DNA of 64,000 bases from an uncultured Gemmatimonadaceae bacterium. GTDB lineage: Bacteria > Gemmatimonadota > Gemmatimonadetes > Gemmatimonadales > Gemmatimonadaceae. Below are positions 28,991-39,158 of this stretch, in pieces; position 1 is the first letter of the stretch; each line of letters starts with the position of its first letter. The notes below the pieces were generated by a model. The model searched no databases, had not been told where the DNA came from, and saw only the letters and a list, made by a program, of their open reading frames with translations. The stretch spans positions 768,001-832,000 of the forward strand of contig CAWJMB010000002.1 in NCBI GenBank assembly GCA_963843845.1. The letters run 5' to 3'. Position numbers and translations under genes: made by a program.

Positions 28991-31900
28991 ATGGCGAAGC
29001 CCGTGCTCTTCCTCGCGTTCGCGAACGACCGCGCGAGCGCCGGCGCGCCCGGCCACGCCGGCTACCTGCGCGGCCTCGTGCAGGAGCAGAAACAGCTTCG
29101 CGCCGCGCTCGCCGACGACCGCGGACGGCGCGAGCGCGGCGAGGAGCGGTGGGCCGTCGTCGACGTGGCCGACGCGACGATCGACGACCTCGTCGCCGGA
29201 CTCCAGGCGCACCGCGACCGCATCGCGATCTTTCACTACGGCGGCCACGCGGGTGACTACGAGCTGCTGCTGCAATCCGCCGCCGGGGAGCCCGCGGTCG
29301 CCGACGCCGGCGGTCTCGCCCGCCTCCTCGGCGCACAGCGCGGCCTGCAGCTCGTCTTTCTGAACGGCTGCTCGACGCGCGGCCACGTCGACGAGCTGCT
29401 CGCTGCGGGCGTTCCGGCCGTCGTCGCGACCCGGCGACCCGTCGAGGATGCGATCGCGCTCGACGTCGCGCGCCACTTCTACGCCGGCCTCGCGAGCGGC
29501 GCGAGCCTCGGACGCGCGTACGACGAGGCGATGAACGCGGCGCGCACCGCGATCGGCGGAGCGCGCGCGAGCGCCACGCGCACCGTCGACACGAGCGAGG
29601 ACGAGGCCGACACGCTCGCCGACCGGCTGCCGTGGGAGCTGCACGTCCGCCCGGGCGCCGCGGTCGTGCTCGAGTGGAGCCTGGGCGCGGCGGTCGGCGA
29701 CCCGCTGTTCGGGCTGCCGCCGCTCGCGCCGCGCGACCTGCCGCCGTCGCCGTTCCGCCACCTTCGCTGGTTCACCCGCGACGACGCCGAACTGTTCTTC
29801 GGGCGCGGCGCCGAGATCCACACCCTGCTCGAGACGCTGACGTCGACCGAGCGGAGCGCGCCGCCGGTCGTGCTGTTCTACGGACAGAGCGGCGCCGGCA
29901 AGTCGTCGCTGCTCGACGCCGGGCTCGGGCCCCGCCTCGAGGCGACGCACGACGTGCGCTACGTGCGCCGCGACGAGCGGCTCGGCCTCGACGGAACGCT
30001 GCGCGCGGCGTTCGCGCTGAGCGCGGCGGCCGACAGCGCGGCGCTGCGCGACGCGTGGCGCACCCGCGAGACCGAGGGGGGCCGCCCTGTGGTCGTCATC
30101 CTCGACCAGGCCGAAGAAGCGTTCAGCAAGCGCGGGCGCGCCGGCGAGCTCGACGCGCTCGTCGCGGACCTCGGCGCGCTCTTCCGCGACGTCGCGAACC
30201 GGCCGCGCGGGCGGCTCGTGCTCTCGTTCCGCAAGGAGTGGCTCGCCGAGTTCGCGAAGCGGCTCGGCGACGCGCACGTGCCGTTCCGCGAGCTGTTTCT
30301 CGACCGCCTCGGCAAGGCGGGGGTGCTCGACGTCGTCACGGGACCGACGCGCGTCGCGCGGCTCCGCGAGCGGTACGGGTTGCGCATCGTCGAGACCGAG
30401 AGCGAGCCGCTCGCCGAGATCGTCGCCGACGATCTGCTCGAGGACCGCGCGTCCGCGGTGGCGCCGACGCTGCAGGTGCTGCTGTCGAAGATGTGGGAGC
30501 ACCCGCGGGCGCGGCGCGACGACGGACGCGTGTTCGACAAGGAGCTGTATCAGACGCTCAAGAGCGACGGCATCCTGCTGAGCGACTTCGTCGACGAGCA
30601 GCTCGCCGCGCTCGAGGCGTGGCGACGCGGCACGGTCGACTCGGGGTTCGCGCTCGACCTGCTGCACGCGCACACGACCGAGCTGGTGACGGCGCGCATG
30701 CGCACCGCCGCGCAGCTCGCGGCGGCCTACGGCGCCGACGGCGCCTACGGTGCCGACGGCGTGCGCGACGTCGTCGCGCAGTGCCGCGACCGCTACCTGC
30801 TCGTCGACACGACGCCGGTGGCCGGGTCGGCGCCGGCGGCCGACGCGGGGACGGGAGCCGGCGCGCCGTCAGCTGCAACGACGCTCGCCCACGACACGCT
30901 CGCGCCGGTCGTGCGCCGCCGCTTCGAGCTCTCCGACCGCCCCGGCCAGCGCGCGCGCCGCATCCTCGAGGCCCGGGCGCCCGAGTGGGCGGACGGCGCG
31001 ACCGGCCGCACGCTCGACCGCGTCGACCTGGCGACGGTCGAGGAGGGACGGAACGGCATGCGCGCCTGGACCCCCGCCGAAGTCGCGCTCGTCGAGGCGA
31101 GCCGCGTGGCGTGCGCGCGCGACGAGCGGGACCGACGCTGGCGGCGGCGTGCGGCGTACGTCGCGGTCGCGCTCATCGCCGTGCTCGCGGCCGTCGCGAC
31201 ACGAACGGCGATCGACGCGACGCGGCAGGAGCGGCGCGCCACGGCGCTCGCCTACTTCGGCGCGTCGACCGGCACCGAAGACCGCGTCGCGGCGGCGCTC
31301 GTGCTCGCGCGGATCGACACGACGATCGAGCCGGTCGGCGCGCTGCAGCACGCGCTCAACCTCGCGCGCGATCCGCTGCCGCGGCTCGAGCTCGACGTCG
31401 GCGGTCCGGTCCGGTCCATCGACGTGAGCGCCGACGGCAGCGTGCTCGCGCTCGGCGAGGACGAGCGCGTGCGGGTCTGGCCTCGCACCGCGCACGCGAC
31501 GACTGGCGCCCCGATCGTGCTCGGCGACAGCACGCTCCTGATCCAGAGCGCGACGTTCCGCCCCGGCGGCGGTGCACTCACGCTGCTCCTCACGAGCTAC
31601 GACGACACGCTGCGGTTCGTCTCGGTGCGCGACGACGGTCGGACCTCGATGCGGCGCGTGGCGGTCGACGGCGCCGCGATCGTCGACGCACGCTACACCG
31701 CGGACGGCCGCCGCATCTTCGTCACGGGGATGATCGCGAACGCCACGATGGGTGCGGACGACGGCGAGGCGAAGCGGACGCGCAGCGACATGGACGCGCC
31801 GCCGGAGCGCGCGAGCCCGGACGGACGCCTGCGCTATCACACCGAAGGGTACGACGGCGCGAGAGTGTGGCGCGCGAACGACCCCGACCGCACCCCGCTC

Positions 31901-33286
31901 TCGCTCCGTCCGGCGCCCGACACGCTCGGCTACCAGCTCGCGGTCAGCCACGACGGACGGCTCCTCGCCGACATCACCGACGACTCGCTGCGGCTCTGGG
32001 CGATCGACGACGGCGCGAGGCGGCTGACCCGCGTGCGGGCGATCGCGCATCCGACCCGATCGCTGACCATCGCGTTCTCGCCCGACGGCGCGACGCTGCT
32101 CACGGGCGACGAGGACAGCAGAGTGCGCGTGTTCAGCGTCGACGGGTCGCAGATGCCGCTCGTGCTGCCGCACGGCGACTGGGCGTACACGGCGAAGTTC
32201 ACCGCCGACGGACGCGAGATCGTGACCGGGTCGTACGATGGCAAGGTGCGCATCTGGAGCGCCGCCGGATCGGCCGCGTCGGTCATGCGCAGCGAGCATC
32301 GGAGACCGGTGCGCGGCATCTCGCTCAGTCGCGACGGCACGCGCCTCGCCACCGCGTCGTCGGACAGCACGGTGCGGCTGTGGCTCGCCGACGGAACGCC
32401 GAGGGGGCTCGTCCTGCGGCAGTCGCGTCCCATGCCGATGCGCGCCGTCGCGTTCAGCCCCGACGGCCACCGCCTCGTCACGGCGTCGACCGACGACACG
32501 GTGAGGCTCTGGAGCGCCGACCGCGTCGGCGTGCCGGGCACGATCGGCGTGCACGGCGACACCATCTTTCAGGCGGTCTACAGTCCGGACGGTCGCCGCG
32601 CGCTCACCGCGTCGCGCGACGGCTTCGCGATCGCGTGGAGCGTCGACGGGCGCGACCCGCCGGACTCGCTGGCGCACGAGGCGCCGGTCCGGAGCGCGGT
32701 CTACAGCCCCGACGGCCGCTGGATCGCGACCGCCGCCGACAGCACGGTACGCCTCTGGCGCGCCGACAGCCTCGCCGCGTCGCCGCGCCTGCTCGTCGGC
32801 CATCACGGCGAGGTGCGCCGCGTCGCGTTCAGCCCGGCCGGCGACCGGCTCGTCAGCGCCGGCATCGATCAGACGGCGCGCGTGTGGAATGTCACGACGG
32901 GGCGGTCGATCGCGACGCTGTTCGGCCACCACAGCATGCTCTGGGACGCGAACTTCAGTCACGACGGGCGGCGCGTCGTCACCGCGTCCGAGGACAGCAC
33001 GGTTCGCATCGCGAACGCCGACGGGTCCGGCACGCCCGTCGTGCTCCGCGGCTTCGCGCACGCGGTCCGCAGCGCCATGTTCAGCGCAGACGATCGTCAC
33101 GTGATCACGACCGCGTTCGACGGCACGCTGCGCTTCACCCTCGTGCGCTGGCCGGATCTGCTCCGCTACTTCGCCGGCGCGACGCAGATGTGCCTCACGA
33201 CTCGCCAACGCATCGATCTGCTCCGGGAAGATTCGACGGTCGCCGTCGCGGAGTTCGCTCGCTGCGAGCGGGAACGACGACGGTGA
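28991..33286 (+). CDS. CHAT protease + STAND (nSTAND1-like) NTPase + TM + WD40 repeat protein
   Basis: FHYGGHA (His), LVFLNGCS (Cys), PFRHLRWF..D..LFFGR, GQSGAGKSSLL Walker A, ILDQAEE Walker B, LAHDTL, TM YVAVALIAVLAAV, and roughly ten FSPDG..TAS.D..VRLW repeats. Confidence 0.93.
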   Translation: MAKPVLFLAFANDRASAGAPGHAGYLRGLVQEQKQLRAALADDRGRRERGEERWAVVDVADATIDDLVAGLQAHRDRIAIFHYGGHAGDYELLLQSAAGEPAVADAGGLARLLGAQRGLQLVFLNGCSTRGHVDELLAAGVPAVVATRRPVEDAIALDVARHFYAGLASGASLGRAYDEAMNAARTAIGGARASATRTVDTSEDEADTLADRLPWELHVRPGAAVVLEWSLGAAVGDPLFGLPPLAPRDLPPSPFRHLRWFTRDDAELFFGRGAEIHTLLETLTSTERSAPPVVLFYGQSGAGKSSLLDAGLGPRLEATHDVRYVRRDERLGLDGTLRAAFALSAAADSAALRDAWRTRETEGGRPVVVILDQAEEAFSKRGRAGELDALVADLGALFRDVANRPRGRLVLSFRKEWLAEFAKRLGDAHVPFRELFLDRLGKAGVLDVVTGPTRVARLRERYGLRIVETESEPLAEIVADDLLEDRASAVAPTLQVLLSKMWEHPRARRDDGRVFDKELYQTLKSDGILLSDFVDEQLAALEAWRRGTVDSGFALDLLHAHTTELVTARMRTAAQLAAAYGADGAYGADGVRDVVAQCRDRYLLVDTTPVAGSAPAADAGTGAGAPSAATTLAHDTLAPVVRRRFELSDRPGQRARRILEARAPEWADGATGRTLDRVDLATVEEGRNGMRAWTPAEVALVEASRVACARDERDRRWRRRAAYVAVALIAVLAAVATRTAIDATRQERRATALAYFGASTGTEDRVAAALVLARIDTTIEPVGALQHALNLARDPLPRLELDVGGPVRSIDVSADGSVLALGEDERVRVWPRTAHATTGAPIVLGDSTLLIQSATFRPGGGALTLLLTSYDDTLRFVSVRDDGRTSMRRVAVDGAAIVDARYTADGRRIFVTGMIANATMGADDGEAKRTRSDMDAPPERASPDGRLRYHTEGYDGARVWRANDPDRTPLSLRPAPDTLGYQLAVSHDGRLLADITDDSLRLWAIDDGARRLTRVRAIAHPTRSLTIAFSPDGATLLTGDEDSRVRVFSVDGSQMPLVLPHGDWAYTAKFTADGREIVTGSYDGKVRIWSAAGSAASVMRSEHRRPVRGISLSRDGTRLATASSDSTVRLWLADGTPRGLVLRQSRPMPMRAVAFSPDGHRLVTASTDDTVRLWSADRVGVPGTIGVHGDTIFQAVYSPDGRRALTASRDGFAIAWSVDGRDPPDSLAHEAPVRSAVYSPDGRWIATAADSTVRLWRADSLAASPRLLVGHHGEVRRVAFSPAGDRLVSAGIDQTARVWNVTTGRSIATLFGHHSMLWDANFSHDGRRVVTASEDSTVRIANADGSGTPVVLRGFAHAVRSAMFSADDRHVITTAFDGTLRFTLVRWPDLLRYFAGATQMCLTTRQRIDLLREDSTVAVAEFARCERERRR

Positions 33287-33348
33287 CCGCGTCGGGCGCC
33301 GTCTCGGCCCCGCCCGTCACACGGTCTGGCGGCGACCTCGGTCGACCG

Positions 33349-35088
33349 CTACCCGACGTGCCTCCGATCCCCCCCGCTCCGCCGTTCGAGCCCCACCCGC
33401 CGCTGCACCCGATCCCGCCGGTCGGTCCGCGCCCCCTCCGTCGTCACCGCCCTGCGCAGCCGCAGCGTGAACGCCGAGCCGCCGCCCGCCCCACTCTCCG
33501 CCGTCAGCTCGCCCCCCATCCCGCGCGCCAGATCGCGGCTGATCGCGAGTCCCAGCCCGGTCCCCTGATACGCCCGCGTGTAGGTCGTCTGGATCTGCAC
33601 GAACGGCTCGAAGATCTCGGCGATCCGGTCGAGCGGGATCCCGATGCCGGTGTCGCGCACGACGATCGTCGCGTCGTCCGGGGAGCCGCCGTCGGCGCTC
33701 AGCTCGAGCGCCACCTCGCCCCCCTCGTTCGTGAACTTGATCGCGTTCGCGAGCAGGTTGAGCAGCACCTGCACCAGCTTCTCGCGGTCTGCCCACACGA
33801 GCACCGGCGGCGCGCCGCCGTCTTCCGGCGACCGCACCACGAAGCGAATGCCCTTCGCCGCGAGCTGCGGCTCGACCATCGGGCGCACGTCGGCGACCAC
33901 GGTCGAGACGCGCACCGGCGTGAGGGTGTACTCGACGCGCCGGCTCTCGAGGCGCGCCAGGTTCAGCACGTCGTTGATGAGGCCGAGGAGATGACGCTGC
34001 GCGCGATTGACGCGGCCTAACGCCTCCTGTTGCGCCGGCGTCACCGGTCCGTGCAGCCCCATCTCGACGAGCTGCAGGTGGCCGGCGATCGCGTTCAGCG
34101 GTGTGCGCAGCTCGTGGCTCATGCGGGCGAGGAACTCGCCTTTCGCACGGTTCGCGTCGTCTGCCTCCTCGCGCGCCTCCCGCGCCTCGTCGTACAGCCG
34201 CGCGCGCTCGAGCGACACGGCGCACTGTTGCACGACGGCGCGCAGAAAGTCGAGGTCGTCCTCGTCGAACGCGCGCGCCGCCGGAAAGCGGAAGGCGATG
34301 ACGCCGAAGCGACGGCCGTCGGCGACGAGCGGGAACACGGACAGGGCCCGCGCGCCGATCGCGGCCCACAGCGGTGCGGCGTCCGGGTAGGACTCGGCCA
34401 TCGCGACAGGAGAGGTGAGGAGCACCGGCCTGCCGTGGCGCATCACGTCGGTGAGCGGCGTCGCCTGCGCGAGCCCCAGGCGCCCGTACGTCGCACGCAC
34501 CACGTCGGAGAGCTCCTCGTCGCCGACGAGCCGGAGTGCGTCGCCGTCGGGCGCGAGCACGGCGACCATCGTCGACCCCGCCCCCACGACCGGCGCCGCG
34601 TACTCGGCGACCGCACGGGCGACGGCGTCGCCGGTGAGGGCGCTCGCGAGCGCCGACGAGATCGCGAGCAACCCGCGCGTCCGCTCGATCGCCGTGTGAC
34701 GTGCGGTCACGTCTTCGACCGTCCCGACGATCTGGATCGGGGCCCCGGCGGCATCGTTCACGATCGCGGAGCGGCCGTGAATCCAGTGCAGATCGCCGTC
34801 CGGGAGCACGACGCGGAACTCGTGGTCGTACTCGCGCGCGTCCGCGTTCGCCCCCGCCCAGCCTCGGCGGAGGGCGTCGCGGTCGGCGGGGAAGACATGG
34901 GCGACCCACCGGAAATCGAGCAGGTCCGGCGCACTCGCGGCGAAGATCGCCTGCAGCCGCGGATTCACGTACGTCACGCGCCCGTCGAGATTCGCGTGAA
35001 AGATCCCGACGGGCGAGGCGCGGCTCACCGCCTCGAACCGGTCGAGGGCGAGCGAGCGAGCGGCAGACGAGACCAGCGGAGCAGACAT
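33349..35088 (-). CDS. PAS-GAF sensor histidine kinase (orphan)
   Basis: SPVGIF..YVN (PAS), GAF ending LERARLY, MSHELRTPLNAI, NLLANAIKFT, DTGIGI, GTGLGLAISR. Confidence 0.92.
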   Translation of the reverse strand: MSAPLVSSAARSLALDRFEAVSRASPVGIFHANLDGRVTYVNPRLQAIFAASAPDLLDFRWVAHVFPADRDALRRGWAGANADAREYDHEFRVVLPDGDLHWIHGRSAIVNDAAGAPIQIVGTVEDVTARHTAIERTRGLLAISSALASALTGDAVARAVAEYAAPVVGAGSTMVAVLAPDGDALRLVGDEELSDVVRATYGRLGLAQATPLTDVMRHGRPVLLTSPVAMAESYPDAAPLWAAIGARALSVFPLVADGRRFGVIAFRFPAARAFDEDDLDFLRAVVQQCAVSLERARLYDEAREAREEADDANRAKGEFLARMSHELRTPLNAIAGHLQLVEMGLHGPVTPAQQEALGRVNRAQRHLLGLINDVLNLARLESRRVEYTLTPVRVSTVVADVRPMVEPQLAAKGIRFVVRSPEDGGAPPVLVWADREKLVQVLLNLLANAIKFTNEGGEVALELSADGGSPDDATIVVRDTGIGIPLDRIAEIFEPFVQIQTTYTRAYQGTGLGLAISRDLARGMGGELTAESGAGGGSAFTLRLRRAVTTEGARTDRRDRVQRRVGLERRSGGDRRHVG

Positions 35089-35198
35089 GATGCCACACCG
35101 GTCAAGTTCTTTGCCAGCCCCGTGCGTGCGCCTCAGGAACCCGCGCCGACATGCGGTCTCCCCTCCGCCGGCGACGTCGAGCGGCCCGACGAACGCGG

Positions 35199-37778
35199 TT
35201 AGAACGTCGCGCGCACGCCGACCGTGATCGTGCGGCCGGGAAGGATCGTCGCGTTGTCCGGCTCGCCGCGCTGCCGGTCGAGCAGGTTGTCGCCGCGCAG
35301 CACGACGCCGAGCCCGCGCGTGACGTCGCGGCCGAGCGTCGCGTGCAGGTGCGTGATGCCCGGGTAGGTGCGCCAGAACGCGCGCAGCGGTGCGCCGACG
35401 AGGTCGCGCGACTCGCGCGACGTGCTCGCGAAGGCCTGGGCGAGCGCCACGCGGTCGTAGTTCGTCCAGTCGGTGGCGCGGGTCGCGCCGACCCCTGCGG
35501 TCCAGCCGGCGTCGCGCCACGACACGTCGCCGCCCCACGTGCGCGCGGGCACCTCGAGCATCCGGTCGCCCGGCCGCAGATCTCCGGTGTATCCGAACGC
35601 CAGCCGCCGCACCCGGCTGTCGACGCGAGTGAACGTGCCGGCCACGGTGAACGGCCCGCCGCGCCACGACGCCGCCAGCTCGACCCCACGGTTCGTGATC
35701 TCGCCGACGTTCTGGAGCTCGTACGCGAGGCGGCGCTGCTGCGGACCGCTCTGCCCCGGCTGGCCTGGTTGTCCCTGCTGTGATCCGCCGGTTCCCCCGC
35801 CTCGGCCGGGGTCGAACGGCGACAGGACGGCGACCTGCTGGATGAGCCCCGACGCGCGCTGACCGAACGCCGTGGCTTGCAGAACGACGTGCGGGCCGAC
35901 GAACAGGTCGGCGCCCGTCTCGAGCCCGTGCTGCGCCTCCGGCGCGAGGTCGGGGACGCGCGACCCGACCCCCGCGCCGCGCCACGTCGTCGCGCGCGAC
36001 GCCGTCCGGGCCGGCCGCAGCCCACGTCCGTACGCCGACCGTAGCTTCAGCGTGACCGCGTCGTGCGATCGAACGAACGAGACCCCGAACAGCGGCAGCG
36101 CCGCGTACCGGCTCGCCGACGCGTAGCCGTCGTTCCGCTCGCCGCGCACGCCGCCGGTCACGAACAGCGCGTCACGCCACGCGACCGTCGCCTGCGTCGA
36201 CACCCCGAGCGTGTTCAGCCAGAGCGGGTCGGTCGTGCCGACGGCCGTCGTCGACGTGCCGGGGCCGCCGGCGGCGCGCGACACACTCGCCGCGGTCGCC
36301 TCACGCAGCAGCGACCAGTCGCCGCCGACCGTCACCGTCGCCGACCACGGTCCGTCGCCGGTCAGTCGTGCGACACTGCTCGCCTTGAGCGTGCCGCGAT
36401 CCGCTCCACCGCGCGCTGCGAGCAGCGCCGAGTCGACGGAGGAAGGAACGGCGACCGCGTCGACCGCGAGGCCGGTGAGGCGATAGCCGTTCACCCCCGC
36501 GGTGACGACGTGCGACCACCGGCTGCCGACGTCGCGCATCGCGGTGCCCCCGACCGTGTACTGCCAGACCGACTGGTCCGGGAGTGCGCGCTGCGCCGCC
36601 GCGAGGCCGCTCCCGGTGATCGACGTCGTCAGCGCCCGCACGAGCACCGGATTCGGCGTCGTGTTCGACGTCGCGCCGTCGAGATACGCGGTGCCGTTGA
36701 CCGCCCAGCGCGACCCGACGTGCCGCCCGTACGCGTTCGCGAGGAGGCGTCGCACCGCGGCGCCGGGCACATAGGCGCCGATCGTGCTCGCTGCGACCGT
36801 CGCGCCGCCGGCGACCGCGCCGCTCCCCATCCGGACGGCCACGCCATGATCCTGCGCGAGCGCGGGGTTCTCGGCGAAGGCGCTCCCCACTGCGCCGACG
36901 CCGCTCCGTACGGTGAGCTGCCGCCCCCCTTCCGCGGCGCCGTCGTGCCGGGTGACGATGTTGACGACGCCGCTGATCGCGTCCGCGCCGTAGAACGCGG
37001 CGCCCTGCGGTCCGCGGATCACTTCGATGCGCTCGATCGTCTCCGGGGCGAGTGCGGTCACCAGCAGGGGGTTCGCCGTCTCGATGCCATCCACGTAGAC
37101 CTTCGGCGCGCTGAGGCCGAACGAGCTGGCGCCGCGGATGCTGCCGTAGCGCGCGAGCAGCGTCGCCGGCGACTGCGCCCACAGCCAGATCCCCGGCACC
37201 GTGCCGCTGATCGTCCCGGCGAGCGACGAGGCGCCGCGATCCGCGAGCGGCCGCACGACGTCGAGCGCGAACGGCAGCGCCCGCTCGGAGCTCCCCCCGG
37301 CGCTCCCGGTGACGACGACCTGATCGAGCACCGCGATCCGCGTTACCGGCGCGATCGTCGTCGCGGCCGCCGTCGGCCGTGGCGCCGGCGCGAGCACCAC
37401 CTGGTCCGAGCCGACGACCACCGGCCGCACGGACGCGTTCCCCAGCGCTGCGACGAGCGCGTCGCCGAACGCCGCGCCGTCGGCAGCGACGTCGACGCTC
37501 TGGTCCATCGGCAGCGATTCGGCGCTGTACGACAGCCGCACGCGCGCGGCGGCGGCGAGCCGGTCGAGCGCGGTCCGCAGCGCGACGCCGGTCAGCCGCA
37601 GCGTCACGCGTCGATCGAGTGGTGCCGGCCAGTCACGCGCGTCACGCGCGTCACGCGCGTCACGCGCGACGTTCGCGGCGGGCGTCGCCTGCGCGTCGCC
37701 ACGAGTCGACGCGCCTGCCAGCGCCGCGCCGACGAGGGGGCCGAGCGTGAGAAGGCGTCGAGCGCGGGCGCTAGTCAC
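35199..37778 (-). CDS. TonB-dependent receptor with N-terminal signalling (STN-like) domain
   Basis: Signal peptide, LDRRVTL..AL..LA STN-like region, LDQVVVTG, IERIEVIRGPQGAAFYGADAISGVVNI plug, C-terminal F. Contains a 9-bp repeat (ARD)4 near 37632-37667. Confidence 0.9.
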   Translation of the reverse strand: MTSARARRLLTLGPLVGAALAGASTRGDAQATPAANVARDARDARDARDWPAPLDRRVTLRLTGVALRTALDRLAAAARVRLSYSAESLPMDQSVDVAADGAAFGDALVAALGNASVRPVVVGSDQVVLAPAPRPTAAATTIAPVTRIAVLDQVVVTGSAGGSSERALPFALDVVRPLADRGASSLAGTISGTVPGIWLWAQSPATLLARYGSIRGASSFGLSAPKVYVDGIETANPLLVTALAPETIERIEVIRGPQGAAFYGADAISGVVNIVTRHDGAAEGGRQLTVRSGVGAVGSAFAENPALAQDHGVAVRMGSGAVAGGATVAASTIGAYVPGAAVRRLLANAYGRHVGSRWAVNGTAYLDGATSNTTPNPVLVRALTTSITGSGLAAAQRALPDQSVWQYTVGGTAMRDVGSRWSHVVTAGVNGYRLTGLAVDAVAVPSSVDSALLAARGGADRGTLKASSVARLTGDGPWSATVTVGGDWSLLREATAASVSRAAGGPGTSTTAVGTTDPLWLNTLGVSTQATVAWRDALFVTGGVRGERNDGYASASRYAALPLFGVSFVRSHDAVTLKLRSAYGRGLRPARTASRATTWRGAGVGSRVPDLAPEAQHGLETGADLFVGPHVVLQATAFGQRASGLIQQVAVLSPFDPGRGGGTGGSQQGQPGQPGQSGPQQRRLAYELQNVGEITNRGVELAASWRGGPFTVAGTFTRVDSRVRRLAFGYTGDLRPGDRMLEVPARTWGGDVSWRDAGWTAGVGATRATDWTNYDRVALAQAFASTSRESRDLVGAPLRAFWRTYPGITHLHATLGRDVTRGLGVVLRGDNLLDRQRGEPDNATILPGRTITVGVRATF

Positions 37779-37806
37779 CGAACGTCATGCGCCGCTCACC
37801 GTGCGG

Positions 37807-39045
37807 TCATGGCGGCTGGTGCGCGAGCACCGTGTCGCCCCGCTGCTCGATCGTCGCCCCGAGCGCGAGCGACACGACGCGCAGCGCCTCGGCGGCGGAC
37901 TCGCCGGCGAACGTCGCGGTGAGCGTCCGAGCCGCGAGCGCCGGATCGGCGCGCAGCTCGATGCCGTACCAGCGGCGGAGCCCCGCGGCGACGTCGCCGA
38001 TCGAGGCGTCCTGGAACACGAGTCGCCCCTGCGTCCACCCCGTCGCCTCGTCGGTGGCGTCGAGACGCGTCGCCGCGAGCATCGCGTGCCCGTCGACTAC
38101 GGCGCCACGATCCCCGGCGTGCATCACGACACTGTCGCCGGTCGCGGACGACGCTGGGCGGACGATGACGGTTCCTTCGGTCACGGCGACCGAGACGCGA
38201 CCCTCGCCGCCGGCGCGCACGACGAACGCGGTGCCGACGTCCTCGATGGTCGCGGCGCCGGCACGCACGACGAACGGGCGCTCCGCATCGTGCGTGACCT
38301 GGAACGACGCCTCTCCCTGCAGCGCGACCTCGCGCCGCCCGTCGCCGTACCCTGCGACCACGTCGAGCGTCGAGCCGGGGCCGAGGACGATCCGCGTGCC
38401 GTCGGCGAGCTGCACCGAGTCGCGCTGACCGACGGCCGTGGCGAAGTGCTGCGCCGGCGCGCCGCGATCGAGCGCCTGCGTCAGCGCATACGTCCCCCCG
38501 GCGACGACGGCGATCGCCGCGGCGATCCGCCACGCCGTTCGACGCGTCGGCGCCGCGCGCACCGGCGCCTTCGTGCGGACCGGTCGGAACGGCACCGCGC
38601 GCGCGTCGTCGGCAGCGGCACCCCTCGCTGCCGCTCCGGTCGCGGTCGGAGCGTCCGGCCGCACGAGAGTGAGCGTCGGTGCGGCCGTGGCGGGCGGTTC
38701 GGCGGCGAGCGGCGTGGCGAGCGGCGTCGGGATGGCGAGCGTCGTCGGCGCCGCGGTCGGCGTCGCGCTCGACATCGATCCCTCCGCCGCCAGCTGCGCG
38801 CGGACGCGTTGCAGCGCGCGCTCCACGTCGACGTCGCTCGACGGCGTGAACGCGAGGTGGTCGAGCCCGCGGTCGAGCTCGAGGATCGCTCTCCCCTCGT
38901 CGCGGTCGGCGGCGAGCCAGGCGGTCGTCGTCGCGAGATCGTCGGCCGTCGCTTCGCCGGCGAGTTGACGCGCGAGCGCTTCCCACCGCGGATCGGGAGG
39001 GGGCGCGTCGTCGTGGGCGTCGTCCGTCGGTGATTCGTGGCTCAT
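37807..39045 (-). CDS. FecR family anti-sigma factor
   Basis: WRIAAAIAVV TM, TAVGQR..LADGT..LGP.S, LQGEASF.V.HD, GTAFVV, W..GRLVF, LRRWYG. Confidence 0.92.
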   Translation of the reverse strand: MSHESPTDDAHDDAPPPDPRWEALARQLAGEATADDLATTTAWLAADRDEGRAILELDRGLDHLAFTPSSDVDVERALQRVRAQLAAEGSMSSATPTAAPTTLAIPTPLATPLAAEPPATAAPTLTLVRPDAPTATGAAARGAAADDARAVPFRPVRTKAPVRAAPTRRTAWRIAAAIAVVAGGTYALTQALDRGAPAQHFATAVGQRDSVQLADGTRIVLGPGSTLDVVAGYGDGRREVALQGEASFQVTHDAERPFVVRAGAATIEDVGTAFVVRAGGEGRVSVAVTEGTVIVRPASSATGDSVVMHAGDRGAVVDGHAMLAATRLDATDEATGWTQGRLVFQDASIGDVAAGLRRWYGIELRADPALAARTLTATFAGESAAEALRVVSLALGATIEQRGDTVLAHQPP

Positions 39046-39055
39046 GACCCTTGTT

Positions 39056-39081
39056 GACACGCCGGCCCTCGGCTACCCCTA
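39056..39081 (-). promoter_or_regulatory. Putative ECF promoter TAGGGGT-N14-GTGTC for the fecR-receptor operon
   Basis: Same bipartite motif and spacing as 39897-39922. Confidence 0.65.
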
Positions 39082-39158
39082 TCCCGTCCCACGCTCGCTA
39101 CCCGAATGCCCTCGGTCAAGCCGGGCGGCGCTCGTCGCCCGATCTCCGCACCGCTTCC

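Noticed and set aside
21810..33286. Gasdermin, TIR or mobile-element boundaries around the protease operon
   Set aside because: I could not see a gasdermin- or TIR-like ORF, integrase, tRNA, flanking direct repeats or an obvious GC shift.
33349..35985. 878-aa version of the PAS-GAF kinase
   Set aside because: The first ~300 aa overlap the TonB receptor in another frame; the real start is near 35088.
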